Shown here one piece after another: positions 42,601 through 53,600 of a stretch of 64,000 bases of DNA (positions within the stretch are counted from its first letter, which is position 1; each line of letters begins with the position of its first letter). Below the pieces are notes generated by a model. It did no database searches and had not been told where the DNA came from. It worked only from the letters and a program-made list of their open reading frames with translations. The DNA comes from Phoronis australis (Eukaryota > Animalia > Phoronida), in NCBI GenBank assembly GCA_002633005.1, contig NMRA01000359.1, positions 275,438-339,437 on the forward strand, written 5' to 3'. A program made the translations under genes and the position numbers.

Positions 42601-45600
42601 TCTCTATATGTATCATTTTAGTAATACTCTTGCTCCAAAAATACTGGAAAAGCCCGAGTCAAGACCAAAATGGCCACTAGGGGTGCTGCAGTGGTCAAAT
42701 CATCCCGAGCATCAACTAGTGCTTGTGCATTGCCATCATATATCTCTGTACCAAGTTTGACTGAAATCCGTCTATCATTTCCCTCAATATCCGGAAACGA
42801 TTTTCCCTAAAAAATACTCAAAAGACCTGTCCTTGGCCCCAGGGGGCAGGGCAGATTCAAAAGTGGCGTGCAACACCCTAGTGATCCCTTCACGCTTGTA
42901 CCAAATTTCAACAAAATCCGATCACGGCTTTTTGAAATATTGAGTGGACACTTGGACCAACGACACAATAACATCAACACACAAATACACAATACGCGAG
43001 TGCAAAGGCAATAGAAAACCTCAGGTGCCATGTGATAACTATATTCAGGAATGTTTGCGTACGCATACCTGACAAGAGCAGCACAGACGGGCACAGACAG
43101 AGCTGGACCTTGAGTAAACCTGTCCAACAGAATCTGAAATCCGCCTAGTGAACCAAATCTGTTTAACAGATCGACCAGCCAACCCTGGAAGAAGACCGGT
43201 TAACATATTTGTTGGTAAAAAGTGAATTATTTGCTATCACGCTAATATCGAGATGCATAGATCTTATAAATTTATGGACTCAGTTCTCTTGCACTTCCAT
43301 GGCAAAGTACGACTTTCTAAGAAAGTGTTTTGATGCACTGCTGTTCATTTTATTAACCAAATATTAGCACGCACTCCAGTTTAAGGACGTTTGAACACAC
43401 ACAACCTAACATGTTTTTGAAGCCTGACGAAAAGTCTTGGTTTAGAAGTACACAAAATTACATGTTCATTCAAAAATTGACTCGCATCGGTCACTACATC
43501 AACGTATATATAACAAATACCACCATAATTAACGAATCTGTAAAACCGTGATGAATACTAACACAACTATCAACTGCGTAGATGAAGAAGGAACTGAAAA
43601 TCTAAAACGTACCCTTGGAGCTCTAGCATCAGGGGGTCTGGCAAACAGTTCATCATCAGCCATTTGGGAGCCAGGAACAACAGTTTCAGATTGTCGAGTG
43701 CTGTTGTATACATGAAACCTAGAACGCATTAAGTCACGATCAGTGTGGTCCAATGAACATCTCTTCCGTAGTAGTATGCTCAGCAACAACTATGGTGGTA
43801 TAAATGTTCAGACGCTGCGATATTTACAGCTACTTAAAAGAGTGCATTTACCGTATGTGGATTTGCCTCATTAAATTTCTAACTTGAATTAATTATGCAA
43901 CTTCAAGAAGTTTAGTTTCCTGTGATACTTACTTTGAGTTGGGATTGAAAACCATGGCCAGTAGGTCCAAGAGAGGAAACCAGTCTTGAGACAATTTTAA
44001 TACAGCAACCTCGACAAACTTCTCCGAGTTCTTCAAGATGCATTTCTAAAGGAGCATAGGTAGAGGGGTATTCAAACAAAGTGGACGTTTATTTTTTTAT
44101 TTATTTATCATTGTAATATTTACATTGAAGGTAGCCCCAGCAGTTCACACTGCTTTCCATGGGGACCCTCAGTAAAAACATACAAGGACAGTAAGACAAA
44201 CAAACAGAATTACAAAATGAAAGATAAGATTTAAATAATAATCAATGATGAATAAGAAACTAACATGGAAAGATTGATGAAAAAAATAAATAATAAAAAA
44301 ATAATAAATAGAAGATACTAAAAGTAAGAGATAAGGTCAAAGTAGTAACCTATAAAAATGACCAAACCTGGCTAACTTCGGAACATCATATCTCAAAAAT
44401 GGTTGATCAGATTCAAATGAAACTTAAAATAATGTACTTTATGTACCCACAGTTCTCCAAAATGCAATTACAAACTGTTTTTAAGTCGACCCACTATTGC
44501 ATGAGGGGCTACATAAAACATGACATTTATGTTTTTTTACGAAAAAAAATGTAAACCTTAAAAACTATAACAGCGTTTCTGAGACTTCATTTTGAACGTT
44601 TGTGTAAAAATTGGTCATGCTATTGAGACTGTTGTTTTTGTGTGAACGTACTTTTCATTTTTTTGGTTAAATTCAAAAAGACATGGTCACATGACGTAAT
44701 CAATAGAATGGTACAAAGTTAAAATTCCATACTACAAGCTTTCTGCTATGTTTTTATAAATAAACTTCTATTTCTGATGGATACACAACAAAAAAGCAAA
44801 TGTGAGCAAGCAATCAGAATTGGACCATGACAATCATATCTTACTAAAAATAATAATAAAAAACAATCACAACAAAATAATGTAAACGATTCCTTTAGCC
44901 ATCTCATTACTACGTCCTTGTATGGTTAACAAGTCGGACAGTTTCACGAACATACTCACGTGAATTTCATACTTCCAACCGCTAACGGCATCATCAGTGA
45001 GAATCTTGGTGAATGAAATGGTCAATCCTTCCTTGAAAAATCTTTGACAAGCTTCACTGCGAACATCCCAACCTAATAGCAAACAACAGGAGACATATTG
45101 CCCACCTAAAATTTGCCTTATAGCTTAATAAGAGAAATGGATATAATGCTTTGCGATTTCTGGGTTTGTCATTATTTTCCTTGTATGTTCTGTGTATTCT
45201 TCAACAAATATAAAACACATTGAAAAAAGAGGAATAGGACAGCATCACATGCCACTATTGATCTAGCTTTAACTGGGAGTTAGTATTTAATGCGACATTA
45301 AACATGACATTTCACATGTGAAGCATGTGATAGTGAAGGGTAACAAAGACATCATAGGGATTGTGGTTTAACGGGCCGCTTCCTTCCTACTCCAACTTAA
45401 ATGTGAAAATTATGAAATAGGCCGATAATTTCTTACGGTTCCAAAATTTCCTCTCCCACGATAACACTTGGTTTCTATTACAGCAAAACCGAGCTGAGAG
45501 ATCACTTGCAACTGAAATGAATCGGACCTATTTTGAACAAGATATCCTGTCCAAAGAGATGGGTTTGCCAAACTCTGACAAATTTGATTCTTACTCTCAT

Positions 45601-46529
45601 GGTATGGAAATATTTCAGATATTTACGACAGGATGAGTAGTTAGGCTTCTAATTTCTGTTTAGAAGGAAATGACATTTTATAACACCTCAGTTCAATAGT
45701 TCTCAACATCAGGCACGAAAATACCTACCTTTCTTACAGAGGTCTATAGCTGCGTCCAACAAGACTTCTAGCTCGCCCTTCGGCAGCACAGGAACCACCC
45801 AGCGTGGTTTATTGATCATCTCATCCAGTTTAGCCAGTTCAGAGTGCGGAAAGTCCGGCTCTTGACCTTCGGGCAGCTCCATATCGCCATGACCATTGGT
45901 TTCATCATGCTGTAACGTGAGCATATGGTAAACACTCCTCTGCTGACCTAATGCCGTCATACAAAAGATTTTGAACATTCACCAAGAGTATAACATGTAT
46001 TACATACAAGCTAACGTGTTTGACGTCTTAAGTGTAATTTATCACGTTTCAGATTAAGTTCTCTGTAAGAACTATTGATTTTCAAATGCAGTCTCATAAT
46101 AATGCATTCATGAAATGCAAATCCATTTACTGGTAACCAGCTTATAGACGACTCTAGAGCTTTAATCCTGTATTTCATAAAATATATACTTGTATAATAT
46201 TATGAGAGAGTTGACAATGGTCACCAGATAAATTACCTTTGGTAATTTAGTAAACTGAACTTTGTGTTAGCATTGAGAACATGAATCTTAAGAGCACGTC
46301 GGATTTCACATGAATCAAAAGCTCCAAAAGCCCATCCCCAACAAAGCAACTATCACAAAGGCATGATGCTAAGGCTTTTAGAACCTAGAAGACTCTAAAA
46401 CGAATGGGTTACCTGTACTGGCTGTTGCGGAGCTAACTGAGGTGGAGCTGGGACCTGTTGGGCATTACCCTGAGGCTGAGTACCATCTTGAGGTGGATTA
46501 TCACCAGCAGGGCTCCCGCGAACAGTCAT
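3651..46529 (-). CDS. USP9X: Ubiquitin carboxyl-terminal hydrolase FAF-X / fat facets orthologue (USP9-family deubiquitinase), complete, 56 coding exons, ~2499 aa
   Basis: Spliced translation matches USP9X from end to end: N-terminus [23 protein letters not shown], Cys box [19 protein letters not shown], His box [18 protein letters not shown]-terminal [10 protein letters not shown]. Exons in transcript order, all GT-AG and phase-compatible: 46413-46529, 45729-45909, 44960-45072, 43933-44045, 43613-43718, 43069-43184, 41572-41638, 40805-40989, 39926-40064, 39473-39625, 38477-38581, 37926-38132, 37275-37391, 36604-36754, 35775-35986, 34856-34959, 34227-34344, 33615-33710, 32854-33065, 32334-32462, 31913-32024, 31422-31559, 30684-30804, 29537-29727, 28909-29000, 28175-28409, 27484-27779, 26877-26985, 26086-26141, 25570-25660, 25134-25280, 24534-24744, 23788-23909, 23351-23452, 22618-22796, 21923-22096, 21254-21395, 20253-20338, 19889-19980, 19404-19530, 18799-18939, 18306-18421, 17118-17296, 16429-16520, 15781-15922, 14948-15041, 13942-14093, 12886-13059, 11881-11975, 11359-11419, 10863-11031, 7755-7863, 6789-6882, 6369-6445, 4615-4684, 3651-3821. 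They sum to 7500 nt. An in-frame TAG lies 36 nt upstream of the ATG. Confidence 0.97.
4734..4791. repeat. Tandem duplication of 27 bp (31-bp period)
   Basis: aatgtaatttataagaagtgataactg at 4734-4760 and 4765-4791. Confidence 0.9.
8002..10340. mobile_element. Non-autonomous DNA transposon with ~400-bp terminal inverted repeats (foldback/Academ-like)
   Basis: Arms 8002-8406 and 9938-10340 are reverse complements (about 90% by eye) and start with TAGACCGGGATCCCAGAGC. TAG flanks both sides (7999-8001 and 10341-10343). No transposase ORF is visible. Confidence 0.85.
19404..19530 (-). CDS. USP9X: USP9X exon encoding the catalytic His box
   Basis: Translates ...[24 protein letters not shown]. The next exon (18799-18939) has WYKFDDGEV. 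Confidence 0.97.
20351..20506. repeat. 20-bp minisatellite (ACAACATTATAATGACACCC), 5 near-perfect plus 2-3 degenerate units
   Basis: Directly visible tandem array starting 12 nt from the USP9X exon boundary at 20338. Confidence 0.95.
23788..23909 (-). CDS. USP9X: USP9X exon encoding the catalytic Cys box
   Basis: Translates [40 protein letters not shown] between AG and GT splice sites. Confidence 0.97.
38723..39236. mobile_element. MITE with 13-bp TIR (CAGGGCTTGGAAT), hAT-like
   Basis: Perfect TIRs at 38723-38735 and 39224-39236, with a 6-bp direct repeat TTCTTT on both flanks. The interior is CpG-rich with repeated GCGGAAA subterminal motifs. Confidence 0.8.
42500..43040 (-). mobile_element. 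Degenerate HINE-like repeat remnant (opposite orientation to 51665-53733)
   Basis: A recurring motif tgtaccaaRtttNa..aaatccg at ~42565, ~42747 and ~42897 is the reverse complement of the gaaatttggta core of the other HINE. It is followed by an ACA-rich degenerate microsatellite at 42961-42995. Confidence 0.45.
44088..44330 (-). mobile_element. 5'-truncated LINE/SINE 3' tail (stem-loop plus AAAT-type tail)
   Basis: The minus strand reads T-rich sequence, then gagggtccccatggaaagcagtgtgaactgctggggctaccttc (nested stem-loop), then ...gataaataaataaaaaaataaa. This resembles L2/Crack/CR1-type 3' ends. Confidence 0.55.
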
Positions 46530-47278
46530 CCTCTTCGGTATGGGGCAAATCTTTGGTTTCTTTTCCTACTTCTTAGAAATGAACTGTACAACCAACAAAG
46601 GGGTTTTCAATTTTCTGCAAATGCTCTGTCCTGAAAAAGACCCATAACGGGTATATTATAAGCATCCTGACAACAAGTATTTAACTGCTAGAAGGGAAGG
46701 GAAAGGTATGAGTAACAATGAAATGTCGAGAATCATGACCATGATGAAACTGAATCAATCAAGACATGTCTCATGTCAGGAACTGTTCAACCAACCAGGT
46801 CTGTCAAGATGCGGTTGGTCTCCACTTGTGCTTAGGGAACACTCCAATCAAAATAGTGAGAACTGAATTTCATTTTTGTTGTTACTGCAACCATTATTAC
46901 TAAAAACATCTCCATTAAAAGCAATAACAATGTCAAGTCTAATAAACGACCTCATCACCAATCGAAATCGGACGTGAGGAAACTCGAGTTGGGAGTTGGA
47001 GATTGGCTGAACCCCATCATTGCCAGTATTGCATTATTCTGATTATCAAGCTATGAAGTCTGAATTTCAGCATCGGAAAATACTACGAATTTCAAATGAA
47101 AGATGTCATTAATTCCTAGTTTATCCCAAGCTATTAACACTATTTAGAAAATGAAAGACTACTCATTGCACAATGGATTTCCCGAAAATTCAACATGGCC
47201 GACGATATGTAAGTGACCGGTCATATGGCATAAAAGTCAGTCAAATCCATGCAAAACGCTAATTTTTTATACACTTAC

Positions 47279-47450
47279 CAATGCCCATTGGTTCATAGTT
47301 TGCAATCACTTGATTGCCACCGGTAATGCTTTTGGTTTCCAATCAAGATTGATGAGAATGTCAAAATCCTACAGACGTAAACATTCGAGCTCCCAGGCAC
47401 AATGATACAAGGAAGGAGATAAGTCTAATGGAGAATCTAGACATTTTTGC
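47279..47450 (-). other. Putative non-coding first exon of USP9X
   Basis: Strong donor TTG|GTAAGT at 47277-47278. The ATG-containing exon has an acceptor (ctttttcag) at 46631-46632 and so needs an upstream exon. The TSS position is a guess. Confidence 0.5.
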
Positions 47451-47641
47451 TCACTAGATTTGGTTGTTTAAATTGGGCTTATTTTATCGCGAAAAATGTG
47501 AAATTACAATTGTTGTTTAAAAGTGAATGTAAACTTTGAAATAAGTGAGCACCGTTTATAATGCGCAAATAATAAACTTGGGACTATTTCTGCTGGAGAA
47601 ATCTCGCGTATGTCGTGAATATACGTGAACTTATGCAGAAG
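47450..47641. promoter_or_regulatory. Probable bidirectional promoter shared by USP9X and PCCA
   Basis: Divergent genes with only ~360 bp between the USP9X first donor and the PCCA ATG. Local CpG enrichment (tatcgcgaaa, atgcgcaa, tctcgcgta) and a YY1-like AAGATGGC overlapping the PCCA ATG. Confidence 0.55.
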
Positions 47642-50600
47642 ATGGCTTCCCGGCTTTGCAGCTCGCGGACGGCGTTGTGGACAAAAGCGAAATTCACTAT
47701 CACAGGAACTTCCAAAAATGTAATCATTTGATCAAAATCCACTATAAACTTTCCTTGACCTAGTGAAATAGAAGTATCTGTTTGTCTTTGCTGCAACGCT
47801 CAACAGTCACGTTTGTTATTGTTATCCTTCACTTCAGGACTTGCTGTGTGAACAAGATTGACCTTGCTGTCCTTGCTTGCTTCAGAGCATTGACCTTGGA
47901 TTTGCCATATCTAAATTTGCACCTAAACCGTTCACCCTTGTATTGCCCCTTATTTCCCAAGTCAAGTTATGTTTTTCACATGTTATGGCTTTAGTTTGAT
48001 TGAATGGCGTCATTAGAAGACGAAGAAGAAAGCATTTGAGAAGTGTTATTTTCAGAGTCTGCAAACTGCTTCTCTTTTGAATAAGTTTATTGAGTTTGAC
48101 ACAAGTGTCAACGTTACTTAACAAATCTAATCAGTTTGTTTTGCTGATTAGTGATAAAATGGTAGACTGTTTCTTGTAAGTATTACACCCTGGATTCATG
48201 ATATTTCTATTTTGTTTTTGAAAACGCCCATTTTTGCAGGACAAACTTCGTGGTTTTTAAATTCTTAAATTATGTAGATTGTACTTATTGCAATAAACTA
48301 TATTTTCTCTGTGGCTTTGAGCAGAGTTGTAGAAAATTCGTCAACAGAATCAAGTCTAACTGCCCTTAAAAGACACCTTGCTTTGATCCCAAAAGTTTAA
48401 ACCCACCATTAACCTATGTATCACTATGTTTCTGGTTGTCATTGTGATTTATTAAGGAAATTGTTCAGTTAGTTGTAATATGTTCCTGCTTGAGCTTCAA
48501 ATTTGGCACACTATATCCATTAATATATCGTCGCATATCATTCTTCATTAAATTGTGTTAATAATCTACCTTGTAGGTGATTGCAAAGTTTTGAATTTTT
48601 TACTTTTTTCTTCACCTTAGTTGGAACTGTATGTCGAAACAGTGACCTAATTGCATCTCTTCTTCTTTTCAGGTCCGACCTTTTTATTTCTTAGAATCAA
48701 ACAGAAGCGTTTACACAACATCAAAGCTATCAAAAGAATATTACTGGAACGACAAACATGATCCTAACGAGGCAGTAAGTTTCACGTTACTGATTACTGT
48801 GTTACACAATAGATTGTTGCAAAAATGTTGCAAACAGACATGATAACAGAGATGATTTCAAGCTATATTTTAGAATTGTAATTGTGTCTGTGCACCAGTT
48901 CAGATGTCAAATGCAAACGCAGATTCTGACTTCAAACATCAGGAGAGGCTTGCCAAGTGATTAGTATCAATCTCGCACCTGCCTCTTGCGAAAAGTCAAC
49001 ATAAGTTTTACCCGGCAACTTGTGATTTGTCGGGTAAAGTGGCGACTTGTATACGAAGATGTGTCAAGAATCCTGGGTTCTAAGTGATCACTTAAGTCAT
49101 CACTCTCAATTCTGACGATAGGTCAATTATCAGCCAGTAATTGGTAGCTCTTAAAAAAGGTTTCCTTTGTTTAATAACTGCATACAAATGTTCTTTCCAG
49201 AAATTCTCAAAAGTTCTCATCGCCAACAGAGGTGAAATTGCTTGCCGAGTGATAAACACGTGTCGCAGGTTGGGGATAAAGTCAGTTGCGGTACACAGTG
49301 ACGTGGACTCCAATGCTGTGAGTTGTGCACAGCCTTGATTACTGAAATATATGTTTTATTCCATCATACTGGTAGTCCATGGTTTTGGAAAATTACACTC
49401 CCTCTGCTGGAGAACTGAGTAACAATGAGATAGTCAGGGTAATTAATATATGATCATGTAAACTAGTATACAGCGGTATTTTGCGCAACATCTCTAAAGC
49501 ATGCTGTGACAAATTTTTTATGAACAAGTGTATTTCGATGACTCGTTCTTTTGTACAGACACTAACAGGTTAAAGCTGTGATCACTTTTCAGTATTGAAA
49601 CCATATAATAAACCAGTTGTTTGTCGTATTCACGTTTTGTAGTGTAAGTACCACAAGACAGTGTTTTGAAGAAATCGTGAGCATTTACGCTAATGGTAGG
49701 GAACCCTTGAAAAATGCGCAATTGTGACAATTATGTTTTGTCGAATGATTGAAGGTAATGAAGAAGCACTAAGTTACAAACACTGAGTGTTTTTTAAGAC
49801 ATGACAACTTTTGAATTATTGAAAAACCAGGTATTTTGTTTGAACTATAGGGAATACTGATTGTCTTTCAAGTACTAACAATATGTGGAAATAAATCTAT
49901 CTCTGCCCATGAACTTTGTCATGCGGGATGCAGTACCACCCAGACAATTAAGAGTAGTGACTGGGGGCTGGATGTACACTTGCTTTGTTACAGCGTCATG
50001 TACAACTTGCCGACGAGGCAGTCTGTATCGGCCCAGCACCTACTAGTCAGAGTTACCTGGTGATGGATAATATACTGAATGCAGTCAAGGAAACAGGAGC
50101 ACAGGCTGTAAGTTTTGTACTTGATGTGTAAATGTATGTGGGTGGGATCCATCATTGCCCTGAAATTACTTTGTTAGTCATGGGCGACGCACCATAGGGT
50201 CTACAGCCCTCCCACTTGTTTCAGTGCTGCGCCGCCTATGGGTATGGACTATGCACCCGATAAAGGGCTGAGGGGCTTAGCCCTTCACTCATTTCAGTGC
50301 TGCGCCGCCCATGTTAATATGTTTACCAAACAGTCATAGTTGGTGTATGATATTTTGTTGTGCGCGTGTTTGCACAAAAACGAGTTGCAAACTTTTCGTC
50401 ACTGTCTGACGGAGGGGAAATGTGTTGGACTGAATTGAGAGATTCGTTTGCGATACATCTGCAACGTATATTGTGTGCAGACATGACGAGTCCACATTGA
50501 AGATGTGCATTCAACATATGTTGTGTGGTGATGAGTAGGTGAATTGAACCAAATGCTGATTGCCTGTTCAGTGCACATTTGTCGGTAATCTTGTAATCTT

Positions 50601-53600
50601 TCAGGTACACCCTGGTTATGGATTTCTTTCGGAAAATACTCACTTTGCTGCAAAACTAGTAAGTAGTGTATTCAGTAAATCTCCCATCGTTCTGTGCTTG
50701 TAAATAGGAAAACAAAAAATGTGCCGATTTATCGCCTAACTTCTTCTTCTTCAGCGTTCCTGGCCATGTAGTTTAGATGGTCAGTCTGGTCTTCTGAGGA
50801 AAGTGTGTGGTTCACCGCAATGATGCTGTTAGGGGCCCCACAGTTTTACTTTGAGTTCGCCTAACAAAGTGTGTCCTGATAGTGTTGGTTTCAACATTGA
50901 GTTGTCTAGAAAGATAGCCTTCGATAAATTTTGGGAAGCCTAGCGAACACTATGATTTCTTGAAGTGTTTCGTTGACTCCTAAATGCTCTGTATGTTTAT
51001 GGCAACAGAAATAGTCTAATCATTGTAAAGGTATTTTCTAGTGAGAGCAATTTGTTTTGGGGGTAAATGACCTTGTTTTGATTTCACTTTTTCAAATTAT
51101 TGCTAAACAGAAAGAAACACAATTATATTAAGAATTGCAATGATACTGCAACTATAAAACAATTATTTTAACATTATGATGATGGGGAATTAAAACGTTA
51201 TTCAAATCGGATCATGTTTGGAAATTTTTGTAGACATTTCATTGTTGAAGTGCAACATGTGTTTCTTCCATATAGTTATTCACATTTTTCCCTTAGGCCG
51301 AAAATAATGTCGTTTTTGTCGGCCCAAACAGCGAAGCTATCCATGCCATGGGCGACAAGATTGAATCGAAAAGAATTGCCAACACAGCCAAAGTCAATTG
51401 CATTCCGGGCTACGATGGTGTGGTAAAAGATGCAGACGAAGCTGTCAAACTAGCTCGCGATATAGGTATGGATGCTGTGTACGGGAGATTTCAGAGGAAA
51501 AGATATGTCGGGTCTCTTTTGCCACAAGCTGTTGTCTAAATATTGCCTGTGCGACAGGTGGAGGGCTCAAAGAGCAAAGTTCATAAAATGGCTGATAAAA
51601 TCTCTGGTTCAGTTTTTCAACTTATAGCTTACGTAAAGTATGTTATTTTCAAGCTGAGTATGTCTTTTTATGCGCCCACATATTTATATGTGGACGCATT
51701 ATGCCGTCATCTCTGTCCGTCCGTCCGGGCGGGCGGCGTCCGTCCGGCGTCCGCTGCTTTATCTCCAAAACACTTTGACATACGTTCATGAAATTTGGCA
51801 CATATGTTCCATTCACGAATGGGACGGCATGTGCGAACTTTCGGACAGATCCGACTACCGGTGTGTCCCCTAGTGGCAATTTTAGTTTTTTACGCTTACC
51901 TTTGTATCTTCAAAAGTCCTGAACGGATTTTCATGAAATTTGGTATGTAGGCACCTATTAGTGAGATGACGCTATCTTCCCGTTTTCAGATGGATTCGAC
52001 ATAGTTTGNNNNNNNNNNNNNNNNNNNNNNNNNNNNNNNNNNNNNNNNNNNNNNNNNNNNNNNNNNNNNNNNNNNNNNNNNNNNNNNNNNNNNNNNNNNN
52101 NNNNNNNNNNNNNNNNNNNNNNNNNNNNNNNNNNNNNNNNNNNNNNNNNNNNNNNNNNNNNNNNNNNNNNNNNNNNNNNNNNNNNNNNNNNNNNNNNNNN
52201 NNNNNNNNNNNNNNNNNNNNNNNNNNNNNNNNNNNNNNNNNNNNNNNNNNNNNNNNNNNNNNNNNNNNNNNNNNNNNNNNNNNNNNNNNNNNNNNNNNNN
52301 NNNNNNNNNNNNNNNNNNNNNNNNNNNNNNNNNNNNNNNNNNNNNNNNNNNNNNNNNNNNNNNNNNNNNNNNNNNNNNNNNNNNNNNNNNNNNNNNNNNN
52401 NNNNNNNNNNNNNNNNNNNNNNNNNNNNNNNNNNNNNNNNNNNNNNNNNNNNNNNNNNNNNNNNNNNNNNNNNNNNNNNNNNNNNNNNNNNNNNNNNNNN
52501 NNNNNNNNNNNNNNNNNNNNNNNNNNNNNNNNNNNNNNNNNNNNNNNNNNNNNNNNNNNNNNNNNNNNNNNNNNNNNNNNNNNNNNNNNNNNNNNNNNNN
52601 NNNNNNNNNNNNNNNNNNNNNNNNNNNNNNNNNNNNNNNNNNNNNNNNNNNNNNNNNNNNNNNNNNNNNNNNNNNNNNNNNNNNNNNNNNNNNNNNNNNN
52701 NNNNNNNNNNNNNNNNNNNNNNNNNNNNNNNNNNNNNNNNNNNNNNNNNNNNNNNNNNNNNNNNNNNNNNNNNNNNNNNNNNNNNNNNNNNNNNNNNNNN
52801 NNNNNNNNNNNNNNNNNNNNNNNNNNNNNNNNNNNNNNNNNNNNNNNNNNNNNNNNNNNNNNNNNNNNNNNNNNNNNNNNNNNNNNNNNNNNNNNNNNNN
52901 NNNNNNNNNNNNNNNNNNNNNNNNNNNNNNNNNNNNNNNNNNNNNNNNNNNNNNNNNNNNNNNNNNNNNNNNNNNNNCCTATGGCTGTATCTCCTAAACC
53001 GTTCGCAGGATCTTTACGAAATTTAATAAGTGTATTTATATGATGTTAACAACAGACGCTGACGACTTTTGGACAGATCCGCCTACCAGTGTGCCCCCTA
53101 GTGGCAATTTTATTTTTTTACGTTTACCTCTGTATCTTCACAAGTCCTTAACGGATTTTCATGAAATTTGGTATGTAGGCACCTATTAGTGCGATGACGC
53201 TATCCTCCTGTTTTCGGATGGATTCGAGGTATTTTGCACCTCCTAGTGGCCACTTTGGCTGTTTTCAAATCTTATTTTTGGTATCCATCCCTGTATCAAC
53301 CAAATCATTTGAAAATTGGCATATGTGCTCTCAGTGCGAAGACGACCTTTGATGACGGTGACTGATTACTGTGGCGCCTCCTAGTGGTAGTTTTGTTTTT
53401 GCGCCCATAGTTGTATCTCTCAAACCCACTGCAGGATCTTTACTAAATTTAGTAAGTGTATTTATATGAAGATAAGGACAGAAGACGACCACTTTCAGGC
53501 GGATCCAACGGACACTGTGCCCACTAGTGGCAATTTCATTTTATTCTGTTTTCCTTTGTTTCTCTGAAGTTCCTTGACAGATTTTTATGAAATATGGCAT

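Noticed and set aside
52006-53043. 345-aa ORF in the track
   Set aside because: Artifact of translating the N gap.
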